Assembly (NCBI GenBank): GCA_963828465.1
Contig: CAWHEU010000021.1
Span: 32,001-96,000, forward strand
Length of the DNA stretch: 64,000 nt
Direction: 5' to 3'
Origin: an uncultured Acidobacteriota bacterium
GTDB lineage: Bacteria > Actinomycetota > Acidimicrobiia > Spongiisociales > ZC4RG35
The notes under the pieces were generated by a model. It ran no database searches. It saw nothing but the letters and a program-made list of their open reading frames with translations, and was not told the DNA's origin. Below, piece by piece: positions 20,897 to 30,894 of the stretch. The translations under genes and the position numbers were made by a program. Within the stretch, counting starts at the first letter, position 1; every line of letters begins with the position of its first letter.

Positions 20897-22555
20897 TCAG
20901 GCCATCACCTCGCGGAGATGATCGAGTCTGATCGCACCTGCCTCCAACAATCGTCGGTGAAAGTCCTTGCGGTCGAAGGAGGCACCGGCCTCCGTCATTG
21001 CCTGCTTCCGGATGTCGAGGATCTCCCGCTCCCCGACCTTGTACGAGATGGCCTGACCCGGCCAGCCGAGATACCTCAACACCTCCGACTCCGCCAGGTC
21101 TCTCGGCTGCCGGCCGATCTTCTCCATGTAATCCACGGCGAGGTCGTAGTTCCACACCTGACCCGCATGGAGAGGAGCGTCGTCCGGGATCCGCTTTTCC
21201 AGATGGGCCCCGATGTCCACCACGACCCTCGTTGACCTGAACAGCTGGCTGGCGAGCAGGCCCAATCGGTATTCCGGATTCTCGAAGAATCCGAGCTCCT
21301 CCATTAGCCGCTCGGCGTAGAGGGCCCATCCCTCTCCCGACCCCGGGTACCAGACGAACAACCGGTGAAACCGGGACAGTTTCTCTCGCTGCAGCACTGC
21401 GAGCCCGACCTGCAGGTGGTGACCGGGGAAGCCCTCGTGATAGGCAGTGGCGACCTCCTGCCAGTACGGGATCCGGGTTCTCTCGCCGAGGGCGTACCAG
21501 ATCGATCCGGGGCGTTCGAGATCCTCCGAGGGTGCCACGTACCACGCCCCGAGAGCGCCCCCCGAAGGAGCGAGATTCACCGTCACGTCGCACATCGGTG
21601 GCGGCACGTCGAAAGCCGACCCGTCCAGACGCTCGACTGCATGAGCCTGGATATCGCGGACGAAATCCGCAAATGCGCCATGATCGGGCGCCGAGCGACC
21701 AGGGTCGGTATCCAGCAGGTCGATCACTTCATCGATGTTCATATTGGGGTCGATCTCCGCCGCCGTGTCCTTCATCTCGCCGAGCAACCGGTGTACCTCG
21801 GACCATCCCCAGTCGTAGATCTCGTCCGGGTCGAGGTGCAACCCGAGGAAGCGCTCGGATTCCGCCGCATACCGGTCGAGACCGGCTGCATCGGAGGAGC
21901 TGGCTCGGGGCAGATAATCGGTCTCCAGCCAGTCTGCGAACCCGGCTGATGCGGACCTGGCCCGGGCGACGGCCGCCGCCACCTGATCCTCGTCGCCTCC
22001 GCCGGCTGCGGCGAGGGCAGGAAGCGCCGAGAAGCGCGACTCGGAGCCGGCAACCGAGCGCACCTGTTCGATGACGCTCAGCACCTGTCGTCGGGCCACC
22101 GTTTCCCCGCTCTCGAGCCCGACGAGGAGGCTGGCCCGATACCCATCCAGCATGTCGTCCCATGTCGAGAGTCGCACGGTCACGTTCTCCCACGCCTCGG
22201 GCCCGACCTTCGACACGATGTCGAAGGTGTCACGTGCAGTCTGAAACGGGCCGTAGATGTGGTTGAGATCCCGCTTCCAATGCCCGCTCTCGTAGAGGCG
22301 GCGCCCCGATTTCAGGTACCCACTCACGACACGTGCCGCGGTCGCCTGCACCGGGTCGGGGTGGTCGAGATGTGGCTCGAGATCCGCCACAGCCCTCGCC
22401 CTGAGCTCCTCTTTCGCCGCCTCACCGTCGGGCGAGAAGTCGTCCCACAGGTGATCGCGACCGGTAACGCCGGCCTCGGTGGCGGCGATCGGCGACAAGT
22501 CGGCATACGCCTCCGTCAAGCGATCGCAGATCTCGAAAGGTGTGGTCTCTGGCAT
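20897..22555 (-). CDS. DUF885-family protein (putative metallopeptidase)
   Basis: YHEGFPGHHLQ, EGWALYAE, RVVVDIG, PGQAISYKVG. Confidence 0.9.
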   Translation of the reverse strand: MPETTPFEICDRLTEAYADLSPIAATEAGVTGRDHLWDDFSPDGEAAKEELRARAVADLEPHLDHPDPVQATAARVVSGYLKSGRRLYESGHWKRDLNHIYGPFQTARDTFDIVSKVGPEAWENVTVRLSTWDDMLDGYRASLLVGLESGETVARRQVLSVIEQVRSVAGSESRFSALPALAAAGGGDEDQVAAAVARARSASAGFADWLETDYLPRASSSDAAGLDRYAAESERFLGLHLDPDEIYDWGWSEVHRLLGEMKDTAAEIDPNMNIDEVIDLLDTDPGRSAPDHGAFADFVRDIQAHAVERLDGSAFDVPPPMCDVTVNLAPSGGALGAWYVAPSEDLERPGSIWYALGERTRIPYWQEVATAYHEGFPGHHLQVGLAVLQREKLSRFHRLFVWYPGSGEGWALYAERLMEELGFFENPEYRLGLLASQLFRSTRVVVDIGAHLEKRIPDDAPLHAGQVWNYDLAVDYMEKIGRQPRDLAESEVLRYLGWPGQAISYKVGEREILDIRKQAMTEAGASFDRKDFHRRLLEAGAIRLDHLREVMA

Positions 22556-22597
22556 GCTCGGGTGAAGGAGCGTAGACCCCTGGATACCCTTCGACTG

Positions 22598-23644
22598 GTG
22601 GAAGAGGTCATCGAGGTCCGTCAGGACGAGCAATTCGATGTGCACCGCCTCACGGGCTGGATGGCCGGCAACGGGACGCTGCCCGATGGGTCTCCCAGGG
22701 TCCGTCAGTTCGCCGGTGGCAAGGCCAACCTCACATATCTTCTCGACTTCCCGGGCGGTGAGCAGCTCGTGCTGCGGAGGCCCCCCCTCGGCCCGGTCGC
22801 GGAAAGCTCCCACGACATGACACGGGAGTACACGGTCCTCTCCCGACTCTGGAACGGCTTCGACAAGGCGCCGCGGGCTATTGCGCTCTGTGAAGACCCA
22901 GACGTGATCGGTGCCCCATTCTTCCTGATGGAGCCCAAGCCCGGTGTCGTCATCCGGGACGTCGTCCCCGATGTCTTCGGTGGGGGCACGGACAAGGGGG
23001 CCAACCACAAGCTGTCAACCGTCGTGATCGACACCCTGGTCGAGCTCCACTCGGTTGACCCCGTCGAATGCGGGCTGGAAGACCTCGGGCATCCGGACGG
23101 GTTCCTGGAGAGGCAAGTCGAGGGATGGTGGCGTCGCTGGGAACGGGCCAAGGATGACGACGATCCGATTGCCGACGAAGTCGGCAGGTGGCTTCGGTCC
23201 GGTGTGCCGCAGTCGGGGCCCCCGACACTCATCCACAACGACTGGCGTCTGGACAATATGGCGGTGTCGCCGGCCGATCCGGGTGTCTGTGTGGCGGTCT
23301 ATGACTGGGACATGGCGACGAGGGGCGACCCTCTCGCCGACGTCGGAACGCTGATGGCGTCCTGGTACGACGAGGGAGAGGAGAAGTCGACCCTTGCGCC
23401 GATGCCCACCACCTCTCCCGGTTGGCTCGACAGGCGTGCAGCGCTCGACCGCTACGGAGAACGCTCCGGCAGGGACCTGGGCCAAGCCGACTGGTACGTC
23501 GTATTTGGGACCTGGAAGCTCGGGGTCGTCCTCCAGCAGATCTTCATCCGGTGGCTGAGGGGGCAGACCAAAGACCCCCGGTTCGAGCCGCTGGGAGAAG
23601 GCGCCCGGGCCTTGTTCCGCCTCGCAGCCCTCAGGATGCCCTGA
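22598..23644 (+). CDS. Phosphotransferase (APH/ACAD10-11-like)
   Basis: QFAGGKANLTY, VLRRPP, HDMTREY, HNDWRLDN, DWDMATRGDPLAD. Confidence 0.9.
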   Translation: MEEVIEVRQDEQFDVHRLTGWMAGNGTLPDGSPRVRQFAGGKANLTYLLDFPGGEQLVLRRPPLGPVAESSHDMTREYTVLSRLWNGFDKAPRAIALCEDPDVIGAPFFLMEPKPGVVIRDVVPDVFGGGTDKGANHKLSTVVIDTLVELHSVDPVECGLEDLGHPDGFLERQVEGWWRRWERAKDDDDPIADEVGRWLRSGVPQSGPPTLIHNDWRLDNMAVSPADPGVCVAVYDWDMATRGDPLADVGTLMASWYDEGEEKSTLAPMPTTSPGWLDRRAALDRYGERSGRDLGQADWYVVFGTWKLGVVLQQIFIRWLRGQTKDPRFEPLGEGARALFRLAALRMP

Positions 23645-23655
23645 ATTGCTTTCGA

Positions 23656-23700
23656 GTCAACTTGGGTTGACAACATCCCGGCTGTCAACCTAGGGTGACA
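23656..23700 (+). promoter_or_regulatory. Promoter with twin GTCAAC-N4-GTTGAC operators
   Basis: GTCAACTTGGGTTGAC (23656-71) and TGTCAACCTAGGGTGACA (23683-700) overlap TTGACA (23667) and TAGGGT (23691); ATG follows at 23704. Confidence 0.75.
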
Positions 23701-23703
23701 GGT

Positions 23704-23904
23704 ATGACATTCCCGAAGGTCGCCGGCGCGGACAGCGCCGACCCTGCTCAGGGCCTGCAGGCCGTGGTTGTTCTCCGACGCACGACAGAGAGGCTGGAGG
23801 CGATTCACGTGGAAGCCGCCCGGGCCCATGGCTGGACCTGGCAGGAGATCGGCGATGCACTGGGCGTGTCAAGGCAGGCGGTACACAAGAAGTATGGGAG
23901 GTAG
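23704..23904 (+). CDS. Small HTH DNA-binding protein
   Basis: ARAHGWTWQEIGDALGVSRQAVHKKY. Confidence 0.88.
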   Translation: MTFPKVAGADSADPAQGLQAVVVLRRTTERLEAIHVEAARAHGWTWQEIGDALGVSRQAVHKKYGR

Positions 23905-23906
23905 CG

Positions 23907-24383
23907 GTGTTCGAGCGATTCACCAAGAACGCCAGGCTCGTGGTGACTCACGCCGTCGAAGAGGCGGAGAGCCGTGGCGATACACGCATTGGCACCGAGC
24001 ATCTCCTCATCGGGGTGGCCCGTTCACGATCCCTCGAGGGTGTGATGCCCGACGTCGAGTCCGTCCGGGCCGAGCTCGACCGGCTGGACCGGGAGGCGCT
24101 GGCATCGGTGGGCCTGGACCCGGAATTGATCGAGTTGGCCGGCCCGGCACGTCATAGGAAATCCGCGCATATCCCGTTCACGAGCGGGGCCAAGGACATC
24201 CTCAAGGGCGCTTTGCGTGCCGCGCTGGATCTGGGTCACCGACATATTGGTGTCGAGCACATCGCCATCGCCCTGACCGCGATCGAAGGCCCCGATCGCG
24301 CCACCGGAATGCTCCACGGTCTCGACCTCGATCCTGATGCCCTCCGAGCGGTCCTGCTTCGCCACGCGCGCCAGGCATCTTGA
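23907..24383 (+). CDS. Stand-alone Clp N-terminal repeat domain protein
   Basis: MFERFT..AR, IGTEHLL, IPFTSGAK, HIGVEHI; no AAA+ domain; GGGAGG RBS. Confidence 0.9.
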   Translation: MFERFTKNARLVVTHAVEEAESRGDTRIGTEHLLIGVARSRSLEGVMPDVESVRAELDRLDREALASVGLDPELIELAGPARHRKSAHIPFTSGAKDILKGALRAALDLGHRHIGVEHIAIALTAIEGPDRATGMLHGLDLDPDALRAVLLRHARQAS

Positions 24384-24451
24384 TGCGAACCTGAAATAGG
24401 CCAAATAGGGCGGCGGGCAATGGTCGTGCCGTTGTTAATTTGGTGACTGTT

Positions 24452-27445
24452 ATGAATTCAGGAGACCTCCCCCTAGGGACGGTCAGCTTTCTCTTCTCCG
24501 ACATCGAGGGCTCGACGAGGATGCTGCAAGAGCTCGGCGATGCCTTTCGGCCTGTCCTGGAACGCCATAACACGATCGTGCACGAGGCGGCTAACAGCCA
24601 TCGCGGCCGGATCGTCAAGAACGAGGGTGATGGCTTCTTCGTCGCCTTTCAGTCCGCACTCGACGCGGTCTCCGGCGCCGTGGAGATCCAGCGCCAGCTG
24701 GCGGCGGAGGACTGGGAGTCGCCGCAAGACGTGAGGGTGAGGATTGGAGTTCACACTGGTGAGGGCCGGCTGGGTGGCTCCGACTATGTCGGCATCGACG
24801 TCCATCGGGCAGCCCGCATCGGGGACAGCGGGCACGGCGGTCAGACCCTCGTCTCCGAGGCGACGGCCCGCCTTGTCGAATACAACCTCCCCGAGGACAC
24901 ACGCCTCGAGGATCTAGGAACCCATCGACTCCGCGACCTGACCCACGAGGAGCACATCTTCCAATTGAGTGTGGAGGGGCTCTCGACCGAGTTCCCACCA
25001 TTGCGCACCCTGACCTCTTCCAAGGGCAACCTTCCCATCAGGGACCTCACGCTGGTTGGCCGTCAACTCGAGAAGGACTCTGTTCTCGTGGCCCTGGAGG
25101 AGTCGCGGCTGGTGACGCTCACCGGGCCTGGTGGCGTGGGGAAGACGACACTGGCGCTGAAGGTGGCCGAAGAGCTCGCCTCCAGGTTCGAGGACGGCGT
25201 GTGGTTCGTCGAGGTCTCGAGGGTGGCGGACGACAACCTCCTGGCGGCGGCCGTTGCTCGCCAACTCCACATCACAGAGAGCCCGCTCCAATCGATCACC
25301 GACACGCTGATCTCCCGCCTGGCCAAGGCCCACTCGCTGTTGATCCTCGACGGGTGTGAGCACCTGATCGACGCCGTCGCCAAGCTGACCGACCAGCTGC
25401 TCCAGGGCACCGAGACATTGAAGATCCTGGCCACCACGCGGGAGTGGCTTTCGATCAGGGAGGAGCACCTGGTCCAGATCTCCCCGCTGGCAGTTCCAGG
25501 CCCCGAAATCAGGTCTTTGGATGGGATCGCCTCGTTTCACTCGGTCGAGCTATTCGTGAACCGGGCACGACTGGTGAATCCGAACTTCGAGCTTGGCCTG
25601 GCCAATGCGCAACAGGTCGCGGAGGTCTGCCGGCGCCTGGACGGAATCCCCCTCGCCATCGAGCTAGCTGCAGCACGGCTGAAGGTGTTGTCGGTGGGAC
25701 AGCTCGTCGAACGGCTTGATCAGCAGTTCGCCCTCCTTGCCGGGACGGCTCGAGACCTGCCACCTCATCAGCAGACACTCGAGACCACTCTCGACTGGAG
25801 CTATGACTTCCTCGGGGGTGCAGAACGCGCGCTGTTCACTCGACTTTCGGTGTTCAACGGTGGCTTCACCCTGGAAGCCGCCGAGAGCGTCTGCTCTGGA
25901 GGCCTCGTGGCGCGGGAGCATGTGATGAACCTCCTAGGACGACTGGTCGAGACGTCTCTCGTAATGGCAACGGAGACCGACCCGATCCGCTACCGCCTCC
26001 TCGAGCCGATCAGCCACTACGCCCGGATGAGGCTGGACGAGGCCGCCGAGCTCTCGACGCTCCGTGACCGCCATGCCGAGTTCTTCCTGGCCATGGCGGA
26101 GGAAGGCGACAGTGAGATCCTGGACAACGAGCAGAACGTGTGGGCCGATCGTCTGGAGCGTGACCGTTACAACCTGCGTGCGGCCCTCACCTGGCTGCAC
26201 GAATCGGGCCGGGCTCAGGATGCGATGGCCATGGCCGGTGCCCTGCGCTGGTTCTGGGTCATGAAACGGGAGGTCAGCGACGGCACGGAATGGCTCGAGC
26301 GCACGCTCGCTCATCGGGAAGGCGTCGATCCATCGATAGTCGCCCGGGCGCTGAATGGCGCGGGGCTCCTGGCCAGTCGCCGGCTCGCGTTCGACGAGTC
26401 ATACGACGCCCTGACCGAGGCAATGGAGATCTACCGTCAGCTCGGGGATCGACATGGCGAGGCGCGCCAGGCTTATCAGCTCATGGCGACGGCATGGCTA
26501 CGGGACGACCTGGAAGAGGCGAAGCGTCTTGCCCCTGAAGCCGAGCGCATCAACCGGGACGTCGGTGACACCTGGATGCTGGCCTGGACCCTCGCCGTCT
26601 GGGCAACCATGGCGCGCCTCCAAGGAGATCTGGAAGAGGCACGGGAGAAGATGACCGAGAGCCATGGACTGTTTCTCGCTCATTCCGGAGTCCTCGACGT
26701 GGGGTGGTCGGCCCTCAGGCTCGGCGCCGTGGCCCGCGACGAAGGCAACTACAACGAGGCCACAGACAGATACACCGAGGGTCGTGACCTCCTCGTCATC
26801 GCCGGCGACTCATTGGGGGTGGCTCATGCGGACGCCGGGTTGGGGGCGATGGCCTGGCTCGCCGGCGACCACGACTACGCGTTGGAGCTGTTCAAGTCGG
26901 TGCTCGAGGGATTCAGCCTCTATGAGGAGACGGCCAACAACCTCTTCGAGATGAAGACGATGATCCAATCGAACCCGACGACAGCCGAGCTACAGAGAGT
27001 CGTGGAGCAGAACCGAAACCGGGCCACGGTCGTCAATGACAGAGCCGGTGCGAGAGCAGCCCTCGGGGAGTATCTGTACCACATGGGCAAGACCGCACAC
27101 CGGCAGGGCCAGTTCGAACGGGCCCAGGATGCCCTGGTCGAGAGTCTGGTGCTGTCCGATGGCGCAGAGGACATGCGAGGTGTGGGCATAGCCATCGCAT
27201 CGCTCGCCGTCGGGGCCCATGCTCAGGGCCGCGACGTGGTCGCCGCCCGTCTCTTCGGGCTCGCCGACTTGGTCGCAAGCAAGCACCGCGTCGCAATCTG
27301 GCCGCCACCGGAGGAGCACGATTACGCCACCCAGGTGGCGTCCACCCAGGAGAGTCTGGGCAGCCAGGAGTTCGCCCACGCCACGGTGGCGGGTGAATCT
27401 CTCACCGTCGAGGGTGCGATCGCCCTGGTGCGCCGCGGGTCCTGA
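24452..27445 (+). CDS. Class III adenylate/guanylate cyclase plus STAND NTPase plus TPR protein
   Basis: FLFSDIEGST, KNEGDGFF, RIGVHTG, DVHRAAR; Walker A GPGGVGKT; LDGIPLAIELAAA; C-terminal helical repeats. Confidence 0.92.
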   Translation: MNSGDLPLGTVSFLFSDIEGSTRMLQELGDAFRPVLERHNTIVHEAANSHRGRIVKNEGDGFFVAFQSALDAVSGAVEIQRQLAAEDWESPQDVRVRIGVHTGEGRLGGSDYVGIDVHRAARIGDSGHGGQTLVSEATARLVEYNLPEDTRLEDLGTHRLRDLTHEEHIFQLSVEGLSTEFPPLRTLTSSKGNLPIRDLTLVGRQLEKDSVLVALEESRLVTLTGPGGVGKTTLALKVAEELASRFEDGVWFVEVSRVADDNLLAAAVARQLHITESPLQSITDTLISRLAKAHSLLILDGCEHLIDAVAKLTDQLLQGTETLKILATTREWLSIREEHLVQISPLAVPGPEIRSLDGIASFHSVELFVNRARLVNPNFELGLANAQQVAEVCRRLDGIPLAIELAAARLKVLSVGQLVERLDQQFALLAGTARDLPPHQQTLETTLDWSYDFLGGAERALFTRLSVFNGGFTLEAAESVCSGGLVAREHVMNLLGRLVETSLVMATETDPIRYRLLEPISHYARMRLDEAAELSTLRDRHAEFFLAMAEEGDSEILDNEQNVWADRLERDRYNLRAALTWLHESGRAQDAMAMAGALRWFWVMKREVSDGTEWLERTLAHREGVDPSIVARALNGAGLLASRRLAFDESYDALTEAMEIYRQLGDRHGEARQAYQLMATAWLRDDLEEAKRLAPEAERINRDVGDTWMLAWTLAVWATMARLQGDLEEAREKMTESHGLFLAHSGVLDVGWSALRLGAVARDEGNYNEATDRYTEGRDLLVIAGDSLGVAHADAGLGAMAWLAGDHDYALELFKSVLEGFSLYEETANNLFEMKTMIQSNPTTAELQRVVEQNRNRATVVNDRAGARAALGEYLYHMGKTAHRQGQFERAQDALVESLVLSDGAEDMRGVGIAIASLAVGAHAQGRDVVAARLFGLADLVASKHRVAIWPPPEEHDYATQVASTQESLGSQEFAHATVAGESLTVEGAIALVRRGS

Positions 27446-27471
27446 CAACGCATCAGGTATCGAGCCCATGC

Positions 27472-28041
27472 TCAGTAGTCGATGCCTCGTCTCGCCATGA
27501 CTCCCTGGTCGAAGACGTGCTTCACTTTCTTCATCTCGGTCACCGTGTCGGCCACCTCGATCAGGGCAATGGGGGCATCACGGCCGGTCAGAATGAGATT
27601 CAGCCGGCTGGGACGATTGGCGATCGCGCTCAGCACGTCGTCGATGTCGATCCAGCCCCAGTTGATGGGGTAGGTGACCTCGTCCAGGATCAACAGGTCA
27701 TACTCATCAGAGCCGATTCTGGTCTTGGCGCTGAGCCACGCCTCACTGGCTATCGCCTCGGATTCGTCGATGTCGTCAGAGTCCCACGTGAACCCATCGC
27801 CCAGGGCCCACCAGTCGATCCCCAGCCTCCGGCCCACATCCTCCTCACCGACCTTCCACTCCCCCGACTTGAGGAACTGGACGACACCTACCTTCCAGCC
27901 ACGGGCTACTGCCCGCAGTGCCGTGCCGAAGGCGGCAGTCGACTTCCCCTTGCCTTCGCCGGTGTTGACCAGGACGAGCGAGGGCAACCGCTTGTGCGCC
28001 GCCGGAGGTGACTCAGTCGGTGGGCTGGATTGATCGGTCAC
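27472..28041 (-). CDS. cobO: Cob(I)yrinic acid a,c-diamide adenosyltransferase
   Basis: NTGEGKGKSTAAFG, QFLK, ILDE, LTGR, ADTVTEM, KH...GIDY. Confidence 0.93.
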   Translation of the reverse strand: MTDQSSPPTESPPAAHKRLPSLVLVNTGEGKGKSTAAFGTALRAVARGWKVGVVQFLKSGEWKVGEEDVGRRLGIDWWALGDGFTWDSDDIDESEAIASEAWLSAKTRIGSDEYDLLILDEVTYPINWGWIDIDDVLSAIANRPSRLNLILTGRDAPIALIEVADTVTEMKKVKHVFDQGVMARRGIDY

Positions 28042-28789
28042 TCTGTCTCCGTGTGGGGATGACGGTCGGACCATCGCCATTGGTCACGACTCGGATCCCG
28101 GCACCGTAGCTGGGGATGAGAGTGCCCTCGGTCAGCACCTTCGAGGCAGTCCCTTCGGCAGCTACTTGCCCGTGGTCGAGGAGGACGAGGCGATCGGCGA
28201 ACCGGCCGGCCAAGGTCAGATCGTGGAGTGCCGTGACCACCGTCAGCCTTTCGTGGTGCCGCAGCTCATCGAGTATCTCGAGAACCTCCAGGGCATGACC
28301 GATGTCGAGGCTCGATGTCGGTTCGTCGAGCAGGAGAACGGGTGCCTCCTGAGCCAAGGCCCGGGCCAGGACAGCCCGCTGCGCCTCGCCCCCAGACAGG
28401 GTGGACAGGTTGCGATCGGACAGTTCGATCAGGTCGAGGCGCGATACCGCCCGTCCAACAGACTCCAGGTCGTGGCTTCGCTCCGATCCCACGTAGCCGA
28501 GGTGGGGGGTCCGGCCGAGGAGGACGTAGTTGGCAACGGTCATCTCGTCCGGCAGCAACGGTCGTTGTGGCATCCAGGCGATGTCGGCTCCCGCCCGGCG
28601 CTCACGGCCGCCCAGATCGACAGACCCTTGGTGGGGGACGATGCCGACGGCTGCCTTGAGAAGAGTCGACTTCCCGGCGCCGTTGGGCCCGATCAAGCCC
28701 ACCCATTCGCCATCGTCCACCGTGAGAGAGACCGGGCCGACGACGGTCACGCCGCTGAAGGAGACAACGACGTCGCGCCAGGAGATCAC
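28013..28789 (-). CDS. ABC transporter ATPase (BtuD/FecE-like)
   Basis: GPNGAGKS, LSGGEAQR, LLLDEPT, LHDL. Confidence 0.92.
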   Translation of the reverse strand: MISWRDVVVSFSGVTVVGPVSLTVDDGEWVGLIGPNGAGKSTLLKAAVGIVPHQGSVDLGGRERRAGADIAWMPQRPLLPDEMTVANYVLLGRTPHLGYVGSERSHDLESVGRAVSRLDLIELSDRNLSTLSGGEAQRAVLARALAQEAPVLLLDEPTSSLDIGHALEVLEILDELRHHERLTVVTALHDLTLAGRFADRLVLLDHGQVAAEGTASKVLTEGTLIPSYGAGIRVVTNGDGPTVIPTRRQSDRSIQPTD

Positions 28790-29829
28790 GAGGAACCCCG
28801 CATCGAGCGGAGGACGAGCAGGAAGAACGGAGCGCCCAGGAAGGCAGTGACAACACCGATGGGGAGCTCGGCCGGCGCCACCACGGTTCGCGCACCGAGG
28901 TCGGCGAGGATGAGAAACGAGGCGCCGTACACCAGGGAAAGCGGAATGATCACCCGGTAGCTCCAGCCGGTGAGCAGCCGGATGGTGTGGGGCACGATGA
29001 TCCCGACGAAGGCGATCAGGCCGCTGACACTGACGGCGGCTGCCGTGGCCAAGGTCGCGGCGAGGACGACCAGACGGCGGACGCGCATCACGTCGACGCC
29101 GAGGCCCGCAGCCTCTTCGTCGCCCAGGCCGAGCACATCGAGCAGGCGACGCATGAGGACAAGTACGGTCGCGGCCGCCAGAGCGTAGGGGATGAGGGTC
29201 CAAACCTCGCTCCAGCCAACTGTCACCAATCGCCCGAGAATCCAGGAGTACACCTCTCGCAAGGTCTCGTAGTTGCGCTGGAGCAGGAATGTCTGAACCG
29301 CCGTGGCGAACGCGGCAACGGCGACACCCGCCAGGATCAGAGTGGTGGTTGTCCTGCCACCAACGGTCCGACTGAGTGCATATGTTGCCCCCACCGCGGC
29401 GATGCCGCCCACGAAGGCCACCAACGGGATTGCAGCCGAGCCGGCACCAAGTCCGATCACGGCGGTCGCTCCGAGACCCGCCCCTGCGGCCACACCGAGC
29501 AAATAGGGGTCGGCTAGAGGATTCCGGAAAACACCCTGGTACCCCGCACCGGCAACGGCCAGGACCGCCCCGACCAGGCCGCCGATCACGACACGGGGCA
29601 TTCTCAGCTCGAAGAGGAGCCTGATCTCGACCTCGCTCAGCCCGTGCTCCACAGTCACGAACGGGAGTCGATCGGCAAGTGCCTTGATCACCTCCGCCGG
29701 TGAGAGGGCCACCGAACCAACCAGCACCCCGGCCAAGGCCGCCACGACCAGGATGGCCGCCGCCACCAACCACCGCCCGGCGCCAATTCGCGCCGGAGTG
29801 ACGGCGGGCGGGGACGGCACCTCGCTCAA
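28786..29829 (-). CDS. FecCD/BtuC-family permease
   Basis: RMPRV, FRNPLADPYLLGV, SGLIAFVGIIVPH, ELPIGVVT. Confidence 0.92.
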   Translation of the reverse strand: MSEVPSPPAVTPARIGAGRWLVAAAILVVAALAGVLVGSVALSPAEVIKALADRLPFVTVEHGLSEVEIRLLFELRMPRVVIGGLVGAVLAVAGAGYQGVFRNPLADPYLLGVAAGAGLGATAVIGLGAGSAAIPLVAFVGGIAAVGATYALSRTVGGRTTTTLILAGVAVAAFATAVQTFLLQRNYETLREVYSWILGRLVTVGWSEVWTLIPYALAAATVLVLMRRLLDVLGLGDEEAAGLGVDVMRVRRLVVLAATLATAAAVSVSGLIAFVGIIVPHTIRLLTGWSYRVIIPLSLVYGASFLILADLGARTVVAPAELPIGVVTAFLGAPFFLLVLRSMRGSS

Positions 29830-30806
29830 GAAGCGGACACGATCCCTGTCACCGATTCGGCGATCAACCCCAGCAACTCGACAACACGCGGCCCCCAATT
29901 CGAAGCTAGATAGGCCTCCAACGGGACGATCGCATCGTTCTGAACCGCACTCATCTCAGCCCATCCCGGCCGCTCGCTGAGGCTTTCGGGTGTCACCCCA
30001 AAGTCGACATCAGCGAGATAGATGATGTCCGGGTCCTGGCTGACGATGTACTCGGAGGCGAGTTGCGGGAAGCCGGTGCCGTCGGTGTCCGCCTCGTCTG
30101 CGATGTTGGTCAAACCGAGCAGCCCGTAGATCTGGCCGAGGAAGCTGTTCGAGGACGCCGAAAACAAGGTGGCATCGACCTCGTGATAGAAAGTCACTCC
30201 CGCAGGAATGCTGGTCGTCGCCACGATCTCATCGATGTCCGCCTGCATTTGAGCTACCGCCTCCGCCGCCTCTCCGACATGTCCGGTCGCCGAGCCCAGG
30301 ACCTCCAATTGGGTGTATGAGTCGTCGAGGCTCAACGCTGTCGGGAGAAGGAGGGTCGGCACCCCGACCGCTTCGAGCCCCGACACGAGCTCACCGGGGT
30401 CGAACGAGATCACGACCAGGTCGGGCTCGTAACCCACTATGGCTTCGATGTTCGGGGTGAAACCGGAGAGGTCGGTGATCGGTGCCTCTGTCGGGTAGGT
30501 GGAGAACTCGTCCACGGCGACCACTTGCTCGCCGGCGCCGATGGCGAAGAGCATCTCCGTGCCTGTCGAGGACAGCGAGACGATGCTCTCCGGCATGGCC
30601 TCGATGGTGACCGCGCCGCTGGCATCGCTCACCTCCACCGGGAACCCTGCATCGGCGGCAGTCGTGGTCGGGTCGGGCTCTGCAGTGGTCGTCGGGTCGG
30701 ACGCCACCGTCGTAGTGGCGACCTCGCCGGTCGTGGTGGTGCTCCCACCCTCGGCCGAACACGCAACGATCGCCAGCAGGGTGAGGATCAGCATGATCCT
30801 TCGCAT
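29826..30806 (-). CDS. Cobalamin-binding lipoprotein (BtuF-like)
   Basis: Lipobox IVAC, Thr-rich linker, IVSLS..TEMLFAIG, PNIEAI, WGPR; sits downstream of the B12 riboswitch. Confidence 0.9.
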   Translation of the reverse strand: MRRIMLILTLLAIVACSAEGGSTTTTGEVATTTVASDPTTTAEPDPTTTAADAGFPVEVSDASGAVTIEAMPESIVSLSSTGTEMLFAIGAGEQVVAVDEFSTYPTEAPITDLSGFTPNIEAIVGYEPDLVVISFDPGELVSGLEAVGVPTLLLPTALSLDDSYTQLEVLGSATGHVGEAAEAVAQMQADIDEIVATTSIPAGVTFYHEVDATLFSASSNSFLGQIYGLLGLTNIADEADTDGTGFPQLASEYIVSQDPDIIYLADVDFGVTPESLSERPGWAEMSAVQNDAIVPLEAYLASNWGPRVVELLGLIAESVTGIVSAS

Positions 30807-30812
30807 ATGACA

Positions 30813-30834
30813 CATCCTCCGTTATCGGAGGATG
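30813..30834 (-). promoter_or_regulatory. RBS-sequestering hairpin (riboswitch expression platform)
   Basis: Minus-strand CATCCTCCG-ATAA-CGGAGGATG buries the GGAGG of btuF; an upstream GGATGAAGA can pair instead with TCTTCATCC. Confidence 0.75.
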
Positions 30835-30894
30835 AAGAGGCCGGTGGCTTCCCTGAGCCCACGCTTCCGTCTTCATCCGAGACTTTCGTCGTGG

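Noticed and set aside
28013-29773. Long N-terminal extensions on ORF-track calls (also 58076..59776, 20897..23008, 9792..10904) and many antisense ORFs such as 51979..53577
   Set aside because: Stop-poor shadow frames typical of high-GC DNA; Arg/Pro/Gly-rich, no motifs, and they overlap well-supported genes.
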